Positions 49,731 through 60,110 are shown, counted from the stretch's first letter. The stretch is 64,000 bases of DNA from a bacterium (GCA_963662285.2 CAXXMV010000006.1:1344001-1408000), one strand, 5' to 3'. Numbers and translations: made by a program. The notes: generated from the letters alone by a model not told the origin.

Positions 49731-52469
49731 ATGATAGAAATTAATTTTACTTCAGTTTTAGAAAGATTTATAAACTCTCGTAAGAAATTCTTCCGGGTTT
49801 TTTCGATTTTATTAACCATTCTTCTTCTCTCAATTCTTTCTAAATTAGGTTTTGCTGAATCGCTTGCGTCCTGGAGTGATTCAAATATGAATCAAGGTGT
49901 GATTCAAGCATATAATCAAAATCCAACAATAGATAATAATGAAGGTTTGCATGCGATTCATAGTGAGGTAGAGAGTGTTCCTATGGTGCGTTTAGTTCCT
50001 GCACATGTTCCTATCTATAACAGAATTTGGTTTAAACCTCTTTTATATTGCCTATTAACGTTTTTAGTTTTATCGGGATTATTGTTGTTTTATTCAAGAA
50101 GAAAATTAGTGCAATACGCCAATGATCTTGAAATTAAGATTAATAATCGGACTGCTGTACTGCGACAGAATGAAGAGCGTTTTCTGACCGTGATTCAATC
50201 TAGCAAAGACGCCATGATTGAGATCAATTCTCAAGGATTAATTACATTATTTAATCATGCATCGGAAGAGATGTTTATGAGAAAAGCCGATGATGTTATG
50301 GGGCGAAAACCAGATATTCTTATGCCTGAGAAGTATAGAGACTTCCATCACGATTATGTTATTAATTACTTCTCAACCGGCAGTCCAAACAAGGCTGTTG
50401 GTCGAACGGTGGAATTAATCGCTTTACGAAGCAATGGACAAGAATTCCCTATTGACCTGACCTTGTCGTCTGGACAGCATGGCAATGAACAGTTTGTTTT
50501 AGCAATTATTCGTGATATCACAGTGCGAAAAAGAAATCAACAAGCTCTGGAAGAGAGAGAAAAAACTTTTAGAGAAGCTATTGAAGTGGCTGGCGCCATA
50601 CCTTATTACCAGAACTATGCAGAGAATACTTATGATTTTTCTACTAATGGTATAGAGGATTTGGTTGGTTATCCAAAAGATGAACTTACGCCTGATATTT
50701 GGGAATCATTGACCGAAGAAATAATTCTCAAGGGTGACCATCAGAATTTGTCTTTAGATGAAGCGGTTAAAAAGGCTCGTGGTGAAGAAGGGCTGAGCTG
50801 GCGTGCAGACTACCGCATACGAACAAGAACTGGCCAGGAAAAATGGGTAGCGAATTCAGCTGTACAGATTCGAGATGAAAATGGAGTTGTGGTTGGTTCT
50901 TTTGGAATCCTGCAGGATATCACAGAAAGAAAAGAGGTTGAAGAAAACTTGCGGGAATACCGTGAGCGGCTTGACGCCGTTTTGGAATCGGTTCCTTTAC
51001 CTTTATTTGCGAAGGATAGAGAAGGTCGTTACATCATAGTTAATCCGGCCTTTGTGGATTTTTTTGGAATTCCCGAAGATGATTTAATTGGGAGAACCAC
51101 TGAAGATTGTTTTGATAACAAAGAATCCTATATCCATCATTTAAATGATCTCGAGTTGATGGACGAGGATAATTTCAGGGTTTATGAGAATCGGGTGAAG
51201 AATAGTCATGGAAAAGAGCGTGAAGTTGTTTTCACCAAGGCTTGTTTTCATGATGCTGATGGTTGCGTCAAAGGTTTGGTCGGTACTTTATTTGATATTA
51301 CTGACCGCAAGAGCCTGGAAGAACAGCTGGTGCAGTCGCAGAAGATGGAAGCTGTCGGGCAATTGGCTGGTGGAATAGCGCATGATTTTAATAATCTTCT
51401 TACCGGTATCCTTGGTTACAGCGAATTGATGCTGATAAAAATGCATGATAATGATCCTAATTATCGTCCTGTATCTGAAATAAAAAGAGCCAGTGAATCG
51501 GCTGCTTCACTTATACGCCAACTGCTGGCTTTCAGCCGCAAGCAAATACTTGAACCTGAGGTTATCAATCTTAACGATTTAATTATTAATATGGACAAAA
51601 TGTTGAGAAGGATTATTGGCGAAGATATTGAACTGGTTACGCTGGTTGATTTGAATACCGGTAATATTAAGGCTGATCCGGGACAGATCGAACAAATAAT
51701 TCTGAATCTATCCATTAATGCCCGCGATGCAATGCCTGGATGTGGAAAACTCACCATTGAAACTTCAGATGTCATCTTGAATGAATCCTATACGGTCAGC
51801 CATTCTGAAGTTAAGCCAGGCGAATATGTATTACTGACTGTCAGTGATACTGGTCATGGGATGGATAAAAAGACCCAGGATATGATCTTTGAACCTTTCT
51901 TTACCACTAAGGCGAAAGGGAAGGGAACGGGATTAGGACTCTCTACCGTTTATGGAATTGTTAAACAGAGCGGAGGGCATATCTACGTTTATAGCGAAAT
52001 TGACAGTGGATCTTCCTTTAAAATATATTTTCCACGAGTTGCTGATAAAATTTCATCCATCAAATTTGACAATATGGAGGAAACTGATTTAAACGGTAAT
52101 GAGACGATATTGTTAGTGGAAGATGAGGATGTAGTGCGTGAGATGGTATCAAGAGTTTTAAAGAGTTATGGTTATTATGTTATCGAAGCCAGTTATCACG
52201 TTGAAGCGGAAGAAGCCTTTGAAAAGTATCAGGGAATGATCGATTTGCTGGTTACGGATGTTATTATGCCGCAAATGAGCGGTAAAGAACTCGCACATAA
52301 TTTATTAATAATCAATCCAGATTTAAAGGTATTGTATATGTCGGGTTATACAGATGGCGCTATTGTTCATCATGGCGTATTAGATAAAGGGCTGAATTTT
52401 ATTCAAAAGCCTTTTATGCCCGAGGCATTGGCGCAGAAAATTCGCGACGTGCTTGATGGACGATGTTGA
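49731..52469 (+). CDS. membrane hybrid sensor kinase (3 PAS, HisKA, HATPase, receiver; CckA-like)
   Basis: QSQKMEAVGQLAGGIAHDFNNLL, NARDAM, FEPFFTTK..GKGTGLGL, ILLVEDE...TDVIMPQMSG...YMSGY...KPF. Confidence 0.93.
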   Translation: MIEINFTSVLERFINSRKKFFRVFSILLTILLLSILSKLGFAESLASWSDSNMNQGVIQAYNQNPTIDNNEGLHAIHSEVESVPMVRLVPAHVPIYNRIWFKPLLYCLLTFLVLSGLLLFYSRRKLVQYANDLEIKINNRTAVLRQNEERFLTVIQSSKDAMIEINSQGLITLFNHASEEMFMRKADDVMGRKPDILMPEKYRDFHHDYVINYFSTGSPNKAVGRTVELIALRSNGQEFPIDLTLSSGQHGNEQFVLAIIRDITVRKRNQQALEEREKTFREAIEVAGAIPYYQNYAENTYDFSTNGIEDLVGYPKDELTPDIWESLTEEIILKGDHQNLSLDEAVKKARGEEGLSWRADYRIRTRTGQEKWVANSAVQIRDENGVVVGSFGILQDITERKEVEENLREYRERLDAVLESVPLPLFAKDREGRYIIVNPAFVDFFGIPEDDLIGRTTEDCFDNKESYIHHLNDLELMDEDNFRVYENRVKNSHGKEREVVFTKACFHDADGCVKGLVGTLFDITDRKSLEEQLVQSQKMEAVGQLAGGIAHDFNNLLTGILGYSELMLIKMHDNDPNYRPVSEIKRASESAASLIRQLLAFSRKQILEPEVINLNDLIINMDKMLRRIIGEDIELVTLVDLNTGNIKADPGQIEQIILNLSINARDAMPGCGKLTIETSDVILNESYTVSHSEVKPGEYVLLTVSDTGHGMDKKTQDMIFEPFFTTKAKGKGTGLGLSTVYGIVKQSGGHIYVYSEIDSGSSFKIYFPRVADKISSIKFDNMEETDLNGNETILLVEDEDVVREMVSRVLKSYGYYVIEASYHVEAEEAFEKYQGMIDLLVTDVIMPQMSGKELAHNLLIINPDLKVLYMSGYTDGAIVHHGVLDKGLNFIQKPFMPEALAQKIRDVLDGRC

Positions 52470-52514
52470 TTATAACTTGATTCTCTCCTTATCGATTCAT
52501 CGCACAGCCTGTCC

Positions 52515-53150
52515 CTAATCAATTCCCCGGTTGGTAAGCATGATGTCGCCCCGGCTGGCGATTCCATTGCTCACGGCGTATTTGCTGCCGCGTGCGTTTG
52601 AGGTCGCGTCGGTCCATGATTGGCCGTACCATTCCCCATCAGGTCCGATTCCCCCAATAGCCCAGTCTCCAGGTTTTAATGGCTTGTTGCCATATAACTC
52701 AGCAGTATTCTCTTTGTAGGCGGGGAAATCATGATCGTCGCCTGTGAATGCAGCATCGTTATCCACATAGTAGTAATAACCCTGTGGTTTCTGGAAGGGA
52801 TCGTATGGAATGGATGACATATAGGCTATCGGGCTGGTCAGCGGCGCCAACACGGCCTGGTTTCCACGCGCTTCGAAATCCGGTCCAGCTCCAACCATAT
52901 TAAAAATTGTGCGCAGGCGTTCGTGCCCTTCTTCCAGGTCATCATCCCACCAATCAATCAGCAGCACGCCTTTATCTAATCGTAAAATTTCGATTGTTGT
53001 TCCCAAGGCTTTCATATCGGCGTAGCATCGGGCGCTTTTGGCCCGAATTTGGGCGTTCAAGAAGTTTGGAACTGCTATGGCCGCCAAGATACCGATAATG
53101 GCCACCACTATCAGTAATTCGATTAATGTGAAAGCGCGTTTGTTTGGCAT
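52515..53150 (-). CDS. type IV pilin / pseudopilin-like protein
   Basis: NKRA|FTLIELLIVVAIIGILAAIAVPNFLNAQIRAK, LTSPIAYM...P.DPF, GIGPDG...Y.VSNGIASRGDI. Confidence 0.9.
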   Translation of the reverse strand: MPNKRAFTLIELLIVVAIIGILAAIAVPNFLNAQIRAKSARCYADMKALGTTIEILRLDKGVLLIDWWDDDLEEGHERLRTIFNMVGAGPDFEARGNQAVLAPLTSPIAYMSSIPYDPFQKPQGYYYYVDNDAAFTGDDHDFPAYKENTAELYGNKPLKPGDWAIGGIGPDGEWYGQSWTDATSNARGSKYAVSNGIASRGDIMLTNRGID

Positions 53151-53220
53151 TGCATTATCCATATTCACAGGCGTTTTTTGAAAATCGTTCCCCGTTCATA
53201 TTATAGATGTTTTTTTCTAC

Positions 53221-53248
53221 TTGTATTTGAAATGTTTTCCTTTATAAT
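53221..53248 (+). promoter_or_regulatory. putative sigma70 promoter of the riboswitch operon
   Basis: TTGTAT-N16-TATAAT, ending 18 nt before the aptamer. Confidence 0.55.
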
Positions 53249-53265
53249 TCATTCCGACATACTTG

Positions 53266-53451
53266 ATACGGTAATCCGCCATGCCTGGATTGTTTAATTC
53301 AACGCATTACGGATTATAGGGAAGCCGGTGTGAGTCCGGCGCGGTCCCGCCACTGTTATTGGTCATGCCTCGACTGTTTATCCACTGTCCGTTTAAGATG
53401 GATGGGAAGGAGGACGAGGATAACGGCCATAAGCCAGGAGACCTGCCGTAT
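53266..53451 (+). ncRNA. cobalamin (B12) riboswitch
   Basis: Hallmark blocks in order: ATAGGGAAGCCGGTG...TCCGGC.CGGTCCCGCCACTGT, CCACTG, GGGAAGG, and B12 box AAGCCAGGAGACCTGCC. Terminal helix ATACGG(53266)/CCGTAT(53446). Confidence 0.95.
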
Positions 53452-53633
53452 ATGAGTTGTCACCTCTTCGGGGATTGAGAGTGTGGCCGTGTAGAGCGCT
53501 TGTATCCAGCGCATTATATGCCCTTGTCCTGTGAGGTGACTGGGGTATTTTTATGTCTGCCTCAGTTATTTCCTCTTCCAAGATGACGCTTTCTTACCCG
53601 TAAACATTTTATCTTTCTAAGGAGTTATTCGAG

Positions 53634-54470
53634 ATGAAGCGTTTTACGGCAATGCTATTAGGTCTGTGTTTGTTTGTTCCTGCAAGTTGGTCTTTAAATA
53701 AGGCTGGCTTGGTCATCAAGAATTCAACCGGTGAGTTAATTACCCGTTGCGTAGAATTCGAAGAAGAATCAGTGACAGTAGAAAAACTGCTGCAAGACTC
53801 AGGCTTCAAACTGGTTACTGAAGATAGTGAGTCGGGCGTCATGCTGCATTACATTCATGATGATGGCGCTATGGATGGTTCACTACATGCCGATGGTTGG
53901 GTATGGAACTTTTTTTTGAATGATGCCAATGGCTGGGTATTCTCTCCGGGCGACGTTTCTTCTGCGACTGTGGTGGATGGAACCATCTTTGGATTTGGAT
54001 TCGGAGCATTGGGTGAGGTTGAATTGCCCGAACGAACATTCGCTGATGTATGTGAAATAACCAGTATGGCTGGAATTATCGTAGATCATAGCGATGGTAC
54101 GCGGGTGATTAATGTGGTTGAGTTTCCCGGTGAGACTATTACTGGACTGCAATTGTTACAAAGAACTGGTTTTGAATTAAAAACCAATGTTTCATCCTTT
54201 GGTACGGCCATTTGTGCGATTGATGGCGAAGGTCAGCCGGGCGATGATTGTTTCGGTGATCCGGAAGGCCGCTATTGGGCTTTTAATATTTTAGGTTTGG
54301 ATAACCAATGGATTTCTTCTATGGTTGGAGCTGGTGATGCAATTGTAAGGAATGATGATATTCATGGATATTACTTCTCGACCTGGGGATCAGTAGCGCC
54401 ACCAGTTAAAAGAGATGATATCCTAGGCGTTACTTCCGGCTTGGATAATTGGGAAGCCTATCAAGAATAA
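53634..54470 (+). CDS. secreted tandem DUF4430/transcobalamin-beta-domain-like protein (putative B12 binder) with W-x-x-Y tag
   Basis: Signal peptide and two internal repeats 'AG.ii..s.G......VEF..E..T...LLQ..GF.L'. Repeat 2 has SFG.AIC.IDG...YWAF...W.SS.VGA....V...DI.G. First gene after the B12 riboswitch. Ends TSGLDNWEAYQE*. Confidence 0.75.
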   Translation: MKRFTAMLLGLCLFVPASWSLNKAGLVIKNSTGELITRCVEFEEESVTVEKLLQDSGFKLVTEDSESGVMLHYIHDDGAMDGSLHADGWVWNFFLNDANGWVFSPGDVSSATVVDGTIFGFGFGALGEVELPERTFADVCEITSMAGIIVDHSDGTRVINVVEFPGETITGLQLLQRTGFELKTNVSSFGTAICAIDGEGQPGDDCFGDPEGRYWAFNILGLDNQWISSMVGAGDAIVRNDDIHGYYFSTWGSVAPPVKRDDILGVTSGLDNWEAYQE

Positions 54471-54481
54471 GATATATAATC

Positions 54482-55786
54482 ATGATAAAAAAATATTTTC
54501 AACAGTTAATTATATGTATATGGGCAATGACTCTCATAAGTGGATTTAATGACGCTTATGCCGTGGAATTTGATGAAGAGTTTACCCTATACCGGGGAGA
54601 GGAGGCTGTGGAGTTTTCACGTAATCCGCAGAACTCTATTGTCGTTGATTCTGAAGGCCGTATTCATCTGGTCTATTTTGTTCCAGACCAATCATCCAAT
54701 TCTCCTGAAAACCGCATCATGTATATGACTGTTGAAAATGGAGAGACCTCTTCTCCCGTCCGCGTGGATAGTACGGATATGGGCGGGGGGAGGCATCCCT
54801 CCCTGGCTATTGATTCAAAAGACGCCGTTCATGTCGTATGGCAAGATTACCGTCATACAACAGCAGCCGGTAATTACATTGATAACATCGAAATTTATTA
54901 TGATGTCAAACCCGTTGATAGTCAGTTTGCTCAAAATGATTGGCGATTGACGGATACTAATGCTGATCATAAAGGCGACAATGGTTTTGTTCCAAATATC
55001 GCTATCGGCTGCGATAACCGGATTCATGTTACATGGTATGATTACACATCCAATGGAAACAACGCTGATATTTATCTGCAAAGCAGCGACGCCGATGGCG
55101 CTTTTGTTAGTCAATCCGGTATAGAAGATTTTCGGATTACTGATGTCCAAGAGAATCCTGATAACTATACCTCCAATTGGCTGCCGGATGTTTGCGCATT
55201 GCCTGATGGTTCCGTCTATGTAGTTTGGGGTTTCCTTACTGGATGGCAGGGAACATTTGAATTACAGGGGCGGGTAGTTTCAGCTGATTGCGCCCTTGGC
55301 GATGTAGATATCATTGCTCCTAAGGGCGCTAGTTTTAATGATCCTCCACGGTTAGCGAGCGACCAGCAGGGGAATATGGCGATGGTTTATACTGCATACA
55401 TCGATGGAATGTATCAGGTTAACGTCCAATTCAAGCCAATAGGTGGAGTGTGGAGCGGCGCAGTGATCGTCAATGATGGAACAAAAGATTCTGCGCAGCC
55501 ATCAATTGCTTTTGATTCACTAGGAGTCGCTCACATTGTATGGCAGGAAGATTTTGGCGGTATATATCAAGTCGCCTATGCGCGGTTTGATCCACTAACC
55601 ATGTTAGTCGATAACCACACAGTTCTAAGCAGTGAATACGCCGACGCCAGAACGCCTGCCATAGCATTGCATCCTGTTACCGATCAAATAAATGTGGTTT
55701 GGATAGATCGCTGGGAGGAAGGCGAACGCGCTATCGTTATGTGCAGTGAAATATATATGGCGGTTGATTCCTGGCAACTATATTAA
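54482..55786 (+). CDS. secreted 7-blade beta-propeller protein with W-x-x-Y tag
   Basis: Signal peptide and seven 'P.(I/L)A.D..g..H(V/I)vW.d'-type repeats. Ends MAVDSWQLY*. Stop overlaps the next start (TAATG). Confidence 0.75.
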   Translation: MIKKYFQQLIICIWAMTLISGFNDAYAVEFDEEFTLYRGEEAVEFSRNPQNSIVVDSEGRIHLVYFVPDQSSNSPENRIMYMTVENGETSSPVRVDSTDMGGGRHPSLAIDSKDAVHVVWQDYRHTTAAGNYIDNIEIYYDVKPVDSQFAQNDWRLTDTNADHKGDNGFVPNIAIGCDNRIHVTWYDYTSNGNNADIYLQSSDADGAFVSQSGIEDFRITDVQENPDNYTSNWLPDVCALPDGSVYVVWGFLTGWQGTFELQGRVVSADCALGDVDIIAPKGASFNDPPRLASDQQGNMAMVYTAYIDGMYQVNVQFKPIGGVWSGAVIVNDGTKDSAQPSIAFDSLGVAHIVWQEDFGGIYQVAYARFDPLTMLVDNHTVLSSEYADARTPAIALHPVTDQINVVWIDRWEEGERAIVMCSEIYMAVDSWQLY

Positions 55787-56505
55787 TGGAAAAAGTAAAA
55801 TCTCAAAATTCATCGAACTTTGATGCTGCATTTACACTGATCGAATTATTGATCGTGGTAGCCATCATTGGAATCCTGGCGGCTATTGTAAGCGCCAACT
55901 ATTTCCGGGCGATTCGCCGCGCTGACGCCGCCGCATGTCAACAGAACCTGCGCACTATACATACTGCGTTGAATGCTTACCGCCTGGATTACAACCATTT
56001 TCCCCCTGCCGATGGAATCGCTGATGTGCAGCCTCATCCAGACAAAACAGAGTTCGGCTGCGGGCCAGCCGCCAATGGTTATTGGAGCGGAGTATCAATG
56101 CTCTTGGTTAAATATGACTATTGCGCAGAAGCCGCTCTGTATTGTCCGGCGTTGAAGCGCCAGCATAGTAATCGTATTGAGGCCTGGCCCAGTTGCGGTG
56201 ATACGGAATTTTCCGGTAAACTGGTTCCGCAATGGCGTTTCATGCGCTTCGCCTACAATAGCGCCGCCACTGATGTTGGTGGATACAGCGGAGGTGAACA
56301 TAATATCGAAGAAGACGGGGATGCTGATATCTGGTTAGTGCGCTGTCTTAATATTGATGTCGGGCAATTTGATGCTGAACGGGCTATCCGCTTTCCCTTT
56401 CGGATTAAGCAGGATGAAGAGAATTCCGCCCTGACCTGGTGGGGAGAATATGAACTTTCGCTTCATGGAACTATCCGTTTGCGTCCTGTCCAGTTGAGAA
56501 AATAA
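55786..56505 (+). CDS. type IV pilin / pseudopilin-like protein, Cys-rich variant
   Basis: DAA|FTLIELLIVVAIIGILAAIV...ACQQNLRTI..AL.AY..DY..FP...LYCPA. Translationally coupled to the upstream gene. Confidence 0.88.
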   Translation: MEKVKSQNSSNFDAAFTLIELLIVVAIIGILAAIVSANYFRAIRRADAAACQQNLRTIHTALNAYRLDYNHFPPADGIADVQPHPDKTEFGCGPAANGYWSGVSMLLVKYDYCAEAALYCPALKRQHSNRIEAWPSCGDTEFSGKLVPQWRFMRFAYNSAATDVGGYSGGEHNIEEDGDADIWLVRCLNIDVGQFDAERAIRFPFRIKQDEENSALTWWGEYELSLHGTIRLRPVQLRK

Positions 56506-56549
56506 AGCAGGTTCCAGTTAAATAATTACCGCTTGTTCTATAGAACTCA

Positions 56550-56579
56550 AAAAAAGGTTGCTTATTCGCAACCTTTTTT
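56550..56579 (+). terminator. terminator closing the B12 operon
   Basis: AAAAAAGGTTGC-TTATTC-GCAACCTTTTTT. Confidence 0.8.
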
Positions 56580-56689
56580 CATTAGTATTCGTTTAAATTA
56601 ATGCGTAATGATTGCAAAATTGGATCGTATGTTAATATAGGATACGTCTGCATATTTATATATTTTTCGGGAAACAGTGGAGAGCGTCC

Positions 56690-58141
56690 ATGATCGATCA
56701 TGATCAGTTATGTGAGAGAATTAAATTTCAAATTGAATTGAAAAATTTCCCTGAAGCGTTGATACAACTGCGCCGGGAATTAGAGAGCAATCCCGAAGAC
56801 GGTCAGGTACAGTTTTGGTTGGGGATCGTCCTGGCTGAGATCAAAGAATACCGTGAAGCCAAAGATCACCTTACACTAGCTAAACAATTCGATCCCGAAA
56901 ATATGGATATTGATAGCATCCTGGAACAGATCGACCTTAAGCAATCCGGCGGCATAGAAGAAAAACCCATCGCATCGCACTATTTCAATCTTGAAGAACC
57001 CCAGGAATATAAGAAAAAACTATGCCCGCAATGCGCCAGACAAATCGCGGTTGACTCTTGGAAATGCGGTTATTGCAATCATATTTTTTATAAACGCATT
57101 ATCGTCACTTTAACCATAATGCTTGTACTGTGCGGTCTGTTTGTGAATATCTTCAAAAACTGGTATTCAGGATTCATGGGCTATGGATTTAGTGAAGCTT
57201 TCATCGTTAATAAAGCAGGTGAAGATGGAGAACGGATTGCCATTAGTGATGCGGAATGGAATTGTGTAGGTTTGGGTCTTGCCCAACATTTGGGAACAGG
57301 ATATAACGGTCGCGTCAAAGGTAAAATCAAAAATTCCGGCGACCAGGATATTGAGAAGGCGGTTATAACCATATTCTTACAATTCGATGCTGATCGCGAT
57401 GTAACCTTTGTCTGGTTTGATGTATATAACTGGGCGTCAGGGATGGAATTGGATTTTGATTTCCCCGGCATATCGCCTCCCTATCGACCGAAACGCTGCG
57501 AATTACGAGTTGAGAGCGTCGTGTTGGCCAAAGAGAAATTAGCGGTCGGCGTAAAACCGACTTTTTATGTACCTTGGGGAGGGGGCGTCGGTCAAGTTTG
57601 TCATTTCCCTTCATACAAATTCACGGCAGGCGAGGAATTGCTGGCGGAGCGGCAATATGCCTGGTATAAGCCCGCCGATCCGTGGTCTTTCAAGCAATTT
57701 CTGTTTGCATATTTAGATATCATTCCACCATTGATTTTCAATTTCTTCTGCGTCATGGCGGCGGTTATACTGGTTAATCTTTGCGACCCAGATAGAAAAT
57801 GGAATACTGAATTAACTCTTGATGCATTCGCCAGCGCCTTTTTGGTTATTGGATTCATCCCGCTTAATGTTCTTTCCTATATTCTAGGGATATTTTGGCT
57901 TTTCAGAATGATCCTATTTTTTGGCAAGTTATATTTGTTTTATCTGTTCTTTAAAAGGTCTATTGGATTTACTATTCTGATGATTATTTTTTATGTCTTG
58001 GTAGTCATGTCTTGTATGGGGCTATGGTATAAAATTGTAGGTGCGCCGGAAAAAAATATTCCTCCTTCATATCATCAATTGCAAATGGGAGACGAAAATA
58101 TGATGGGTGGCATGAAAGGCGCCAATCCACCCAAGCCCTGA
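56690..58141 (+). CDS. membrane protein with N-terminal TPR, zinc ribbon, a soluble domain and C-terminal TM helices
   Basis: TPR (FWLGIVLAE....EA...L..A..FDPEN), CPQC...CGYC, one TM, a soluble domain, then about 4 TM. Confidence 0.7.
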   Translation: MIDHDQLCERIKFQIELKNFPEALIQLRRELESNPEDGQVQFWLGIVLAEIKEYREAKDHLTLAKQFDPENMDIDSILEQIDLKQSGGIEEKPIASHYFNLEEPQEYKKKLCPQCARQIAVDSWKCGYCNHIFYKRIIVTLTIMLVLCGLFVNIFKNWYSGFMGYGFSEAFIVNKAGEDGERIAISDAEWNCVGLGLAQHLGTGYNGRVKGKIKNSGDQDIEKAVITIFLQFDADRDVTFVWFDVYNWASGMELDFDFPGISPPYRPKRCELRVESVVLAKEKLAVGVKPTFYVPWGGGVGQVCHFPSYKFTAGEELLAERQYAWYKPADPWSFKQFLFAYLDIIPPLIFNFFCVMAAVILVNLCDPDRKWNTELTLDAFASAFLVIGFIPLNVLSYILGIFWLFRMILFFGKLYLFYLFFKRSIGFTILMIIFYVLVVMSCMGLWYKIVGAPEKNIPPSYHQLQMGDENMMGGMKGANPPKP

Positions 58142-58222
58142 GTTTTTATAGAATCCAGGTTTTTTAATATGTATGATTTTTTATTAACGTTATTGCGAGC
58201 TAAATGTTATTTATAAAGAAAA

Positions 58223-58261
58223 AAAAAGGATAAGCGGCATAGATAGCCGCTTATCCTTTTT
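58223..58261. terminator. bidirectional terminator
   Basis: AAAAAGGATAAGCGGC-ATAGATA-GCCGCTTATCCTTTTT. Confidence 0.85.
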
Positions 58262-58291
58262 AGTTATACAGTTTTATTAGATGGTGCTTTC

Positions 58292-59062
58292 TCAATTACT
58301 TTGAATTCGGTGAATCATAATTCTTTCAGCATAGAAGGAATCGGGTATTTCATCTTCATTCGTATCAATAAATACCACATGCGCTCCGGCAATATCGCCT
58401 GGCAGAATCTCTTCATCCTCTTGCAAGCGTGTGCGAATAACGGTGGATTCATCAATAATAACGGGGATGCCTTCAATGACCGCAAGTCCGTTTTCAATAT
58501 CGAATGAATCGAGCAAGCCCCGGATTCCGCCCTCGTTGGAATCACAGATATTGCTCTCAACATCCATTACCCGCACTTTTGATGCTTGCAAAATTGAGCC
58601 ATTTTCAGTTTCGATAATCATCGCCTGTATGAATACGTGTTGACCGGCTTGGATTTCTACTATTTCCGAGTCCTCTTCGGATTCTTCATCAACAAAGCGA
58701 CACTGACGAACAAACGGCATATATTCGATTTCAGCTTCAGTTGTATCGACCGCTAAGGCGCCGTCAATGATCGATAGCGAAACTTCGTTTACTTCTGATA
58801 TAACGCCCCGGAGAAAAACGGTTCCATCTTCCCAATTGATGCAAATACAGGCAGTAGCATTTCTTGGAATAGCACGGTCTTTCCCACGATTCATCCTTCC
58901 CTGTCCTTGAGGAGTTCCAGGCATAGGATTCGATGCAACATCGTCTGATCCGATTACTCGAATGCCTCCTTTTCTTCCACGGGCTTCAGAATCCAGGCTC
59001 ATCAAGCATAAACCGGCGAAAATTCCAACCAACAGCGCAAAATACAATGATTTCTTAGGCAT
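58292..59062 (-). CDS. secreted protein with two OB-fold-like (DUF5666-like) repeats
   Basis: Signal peptide and two 'G.i.......i.g..V..d..t.i......l..G..v.v........l.A..i' units. Confidence 0.6.
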   Translation of the reverse strand: MPKKSLYFALLVGIFAGLCLMSLDSEARGRKGGIRVIGSDDVASNPMPGTPQGQGRMNRGKDRAIPRNATACICINWEDGTVFLRGVISEVNEVSLSIIDGALAVDTTEAEIEYMPFVRQCRFVDEESEEDSEIVEIQAGQHVFIQAMIIETENGSILQASKVRVMDVESNICDSNEGGIRGLLDSFDIENGLAVIEGIPVIIDESTVIRTRLQEDEEILPGDIAGAHVVFIDTNEDEIPDSFYAERIMIHRIQSN

Positions 59063-59278
59063 AAGTCTCTTCCTTTCAGGATTGAATTACGGTTGCGTTC
59101 CAAATCGGCAGTGAAAAATATCCGTACAAGTGTTCAAAAAACATTAATAGAATGCTTTTGCAGAGTCACTTATTCATGAATACGAATGTAAATTGACTGC
59201 CAAAATGATGAAAAGATGCAACTCTACTACAAAGAACAATCAAGAAAGAAATCGGGTTCACTTACAGAGGGGATTTTT

Positions 59279-59923
59279 TTAAGGAATTTGCTGAGGGAAA
59301 GAAAGATTACCGCCGAATCGTCCCAAATCGCCTTCCGACCGTAATCCGTTGCTGGGTTGATAGCAGGCAGAGGATAGTAACGATCCGATTCCGGGAAGCG
59401 GTCGCAATCCCAAACTCGAATCTTTGCCATCCGGACCAAAACTTATTATTCCATAACCTGGAATAGGATTCCGGGGGGGAACCATGAAATGCGAATAATC
59501 GTAATATCCAAATCCAAATAAATCAGGGACATTTAATATTTCCAGAGATATTGAATCATTGATGGTTTGCGCCGTATTCTTCGTGAAAGGATCACGTAAA
59601 ATTTCAATATCGCCGGGTAGATAAGAGCCGATTAGAGATTGCAATGCAACTTGAGCATCGTAATTTGTGATAAATTGAGACGGAGGATCGCTTGAACCAT
59701 AAGGATAATGTCCCCGGTCAAAGGAAAAAGTTTCTACCGCATCAGAAATGATTCGAAGATTGTTCTGCGTGGAGGCTATTTTTGCTTTTAACAAAGCATT
59801 GTTAACGACAGGCATAGAAATAGCCGCAAGGATACCGATGATTGCCACCGATACCAATAACTCATTGAGAGTAAAAGCGCTTCTATATCTTTTGCGATAA
59901 AACAGATAATTATGACGTTTCAT
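59279..59923 (-). CDS. type IV pilin / pseudopilin-like protein
   Basis: RSA|FTLNELLVSVAIIGILAAISMP...AK, DPF, SFGPDG...YQPSNGLRSEGDL. Confidence 0.88.
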   Translation of the reverse strand: MKRHNYLFYRKRYRSAFTLNELLVSVAIIGILAAISMPVVNNALLKAKIASTQNNLRIISDAVETFSFDRGHYPYGSSDPPSQFITNYDAQVALQSLIGSYLPGDIEILRDPFTKNTAQTINDSISLEILNVPDLFGFGYYDYSHFMVPPRNPIPGYGIISFGPDGKDSSLGLRPLPGIGSLLSSACYQPSNGLRSEGDLGRFGGNLSFPQQIP

Positions 59924-60110
59924 AATATATAAGTATATCAACGTTTGCTGAAAATGTGAATCACTTATTGAAAGATAATATGATATTGTTATCAAGTCAG
60001 TTAGACTTTATATAAAAGATTCATCAAATAAATCCTGAAAGTAAACCCAAATCGTTTTCTACGCCTTCTATAATATATAGGTAAATAATAATTTACAGGA
60101 GAAATATTGG

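Noticed and set aside
53393-53581. 62-aa minus-strand ORF
   Set aside because: Antisense to the riboswitch and its expression platform.
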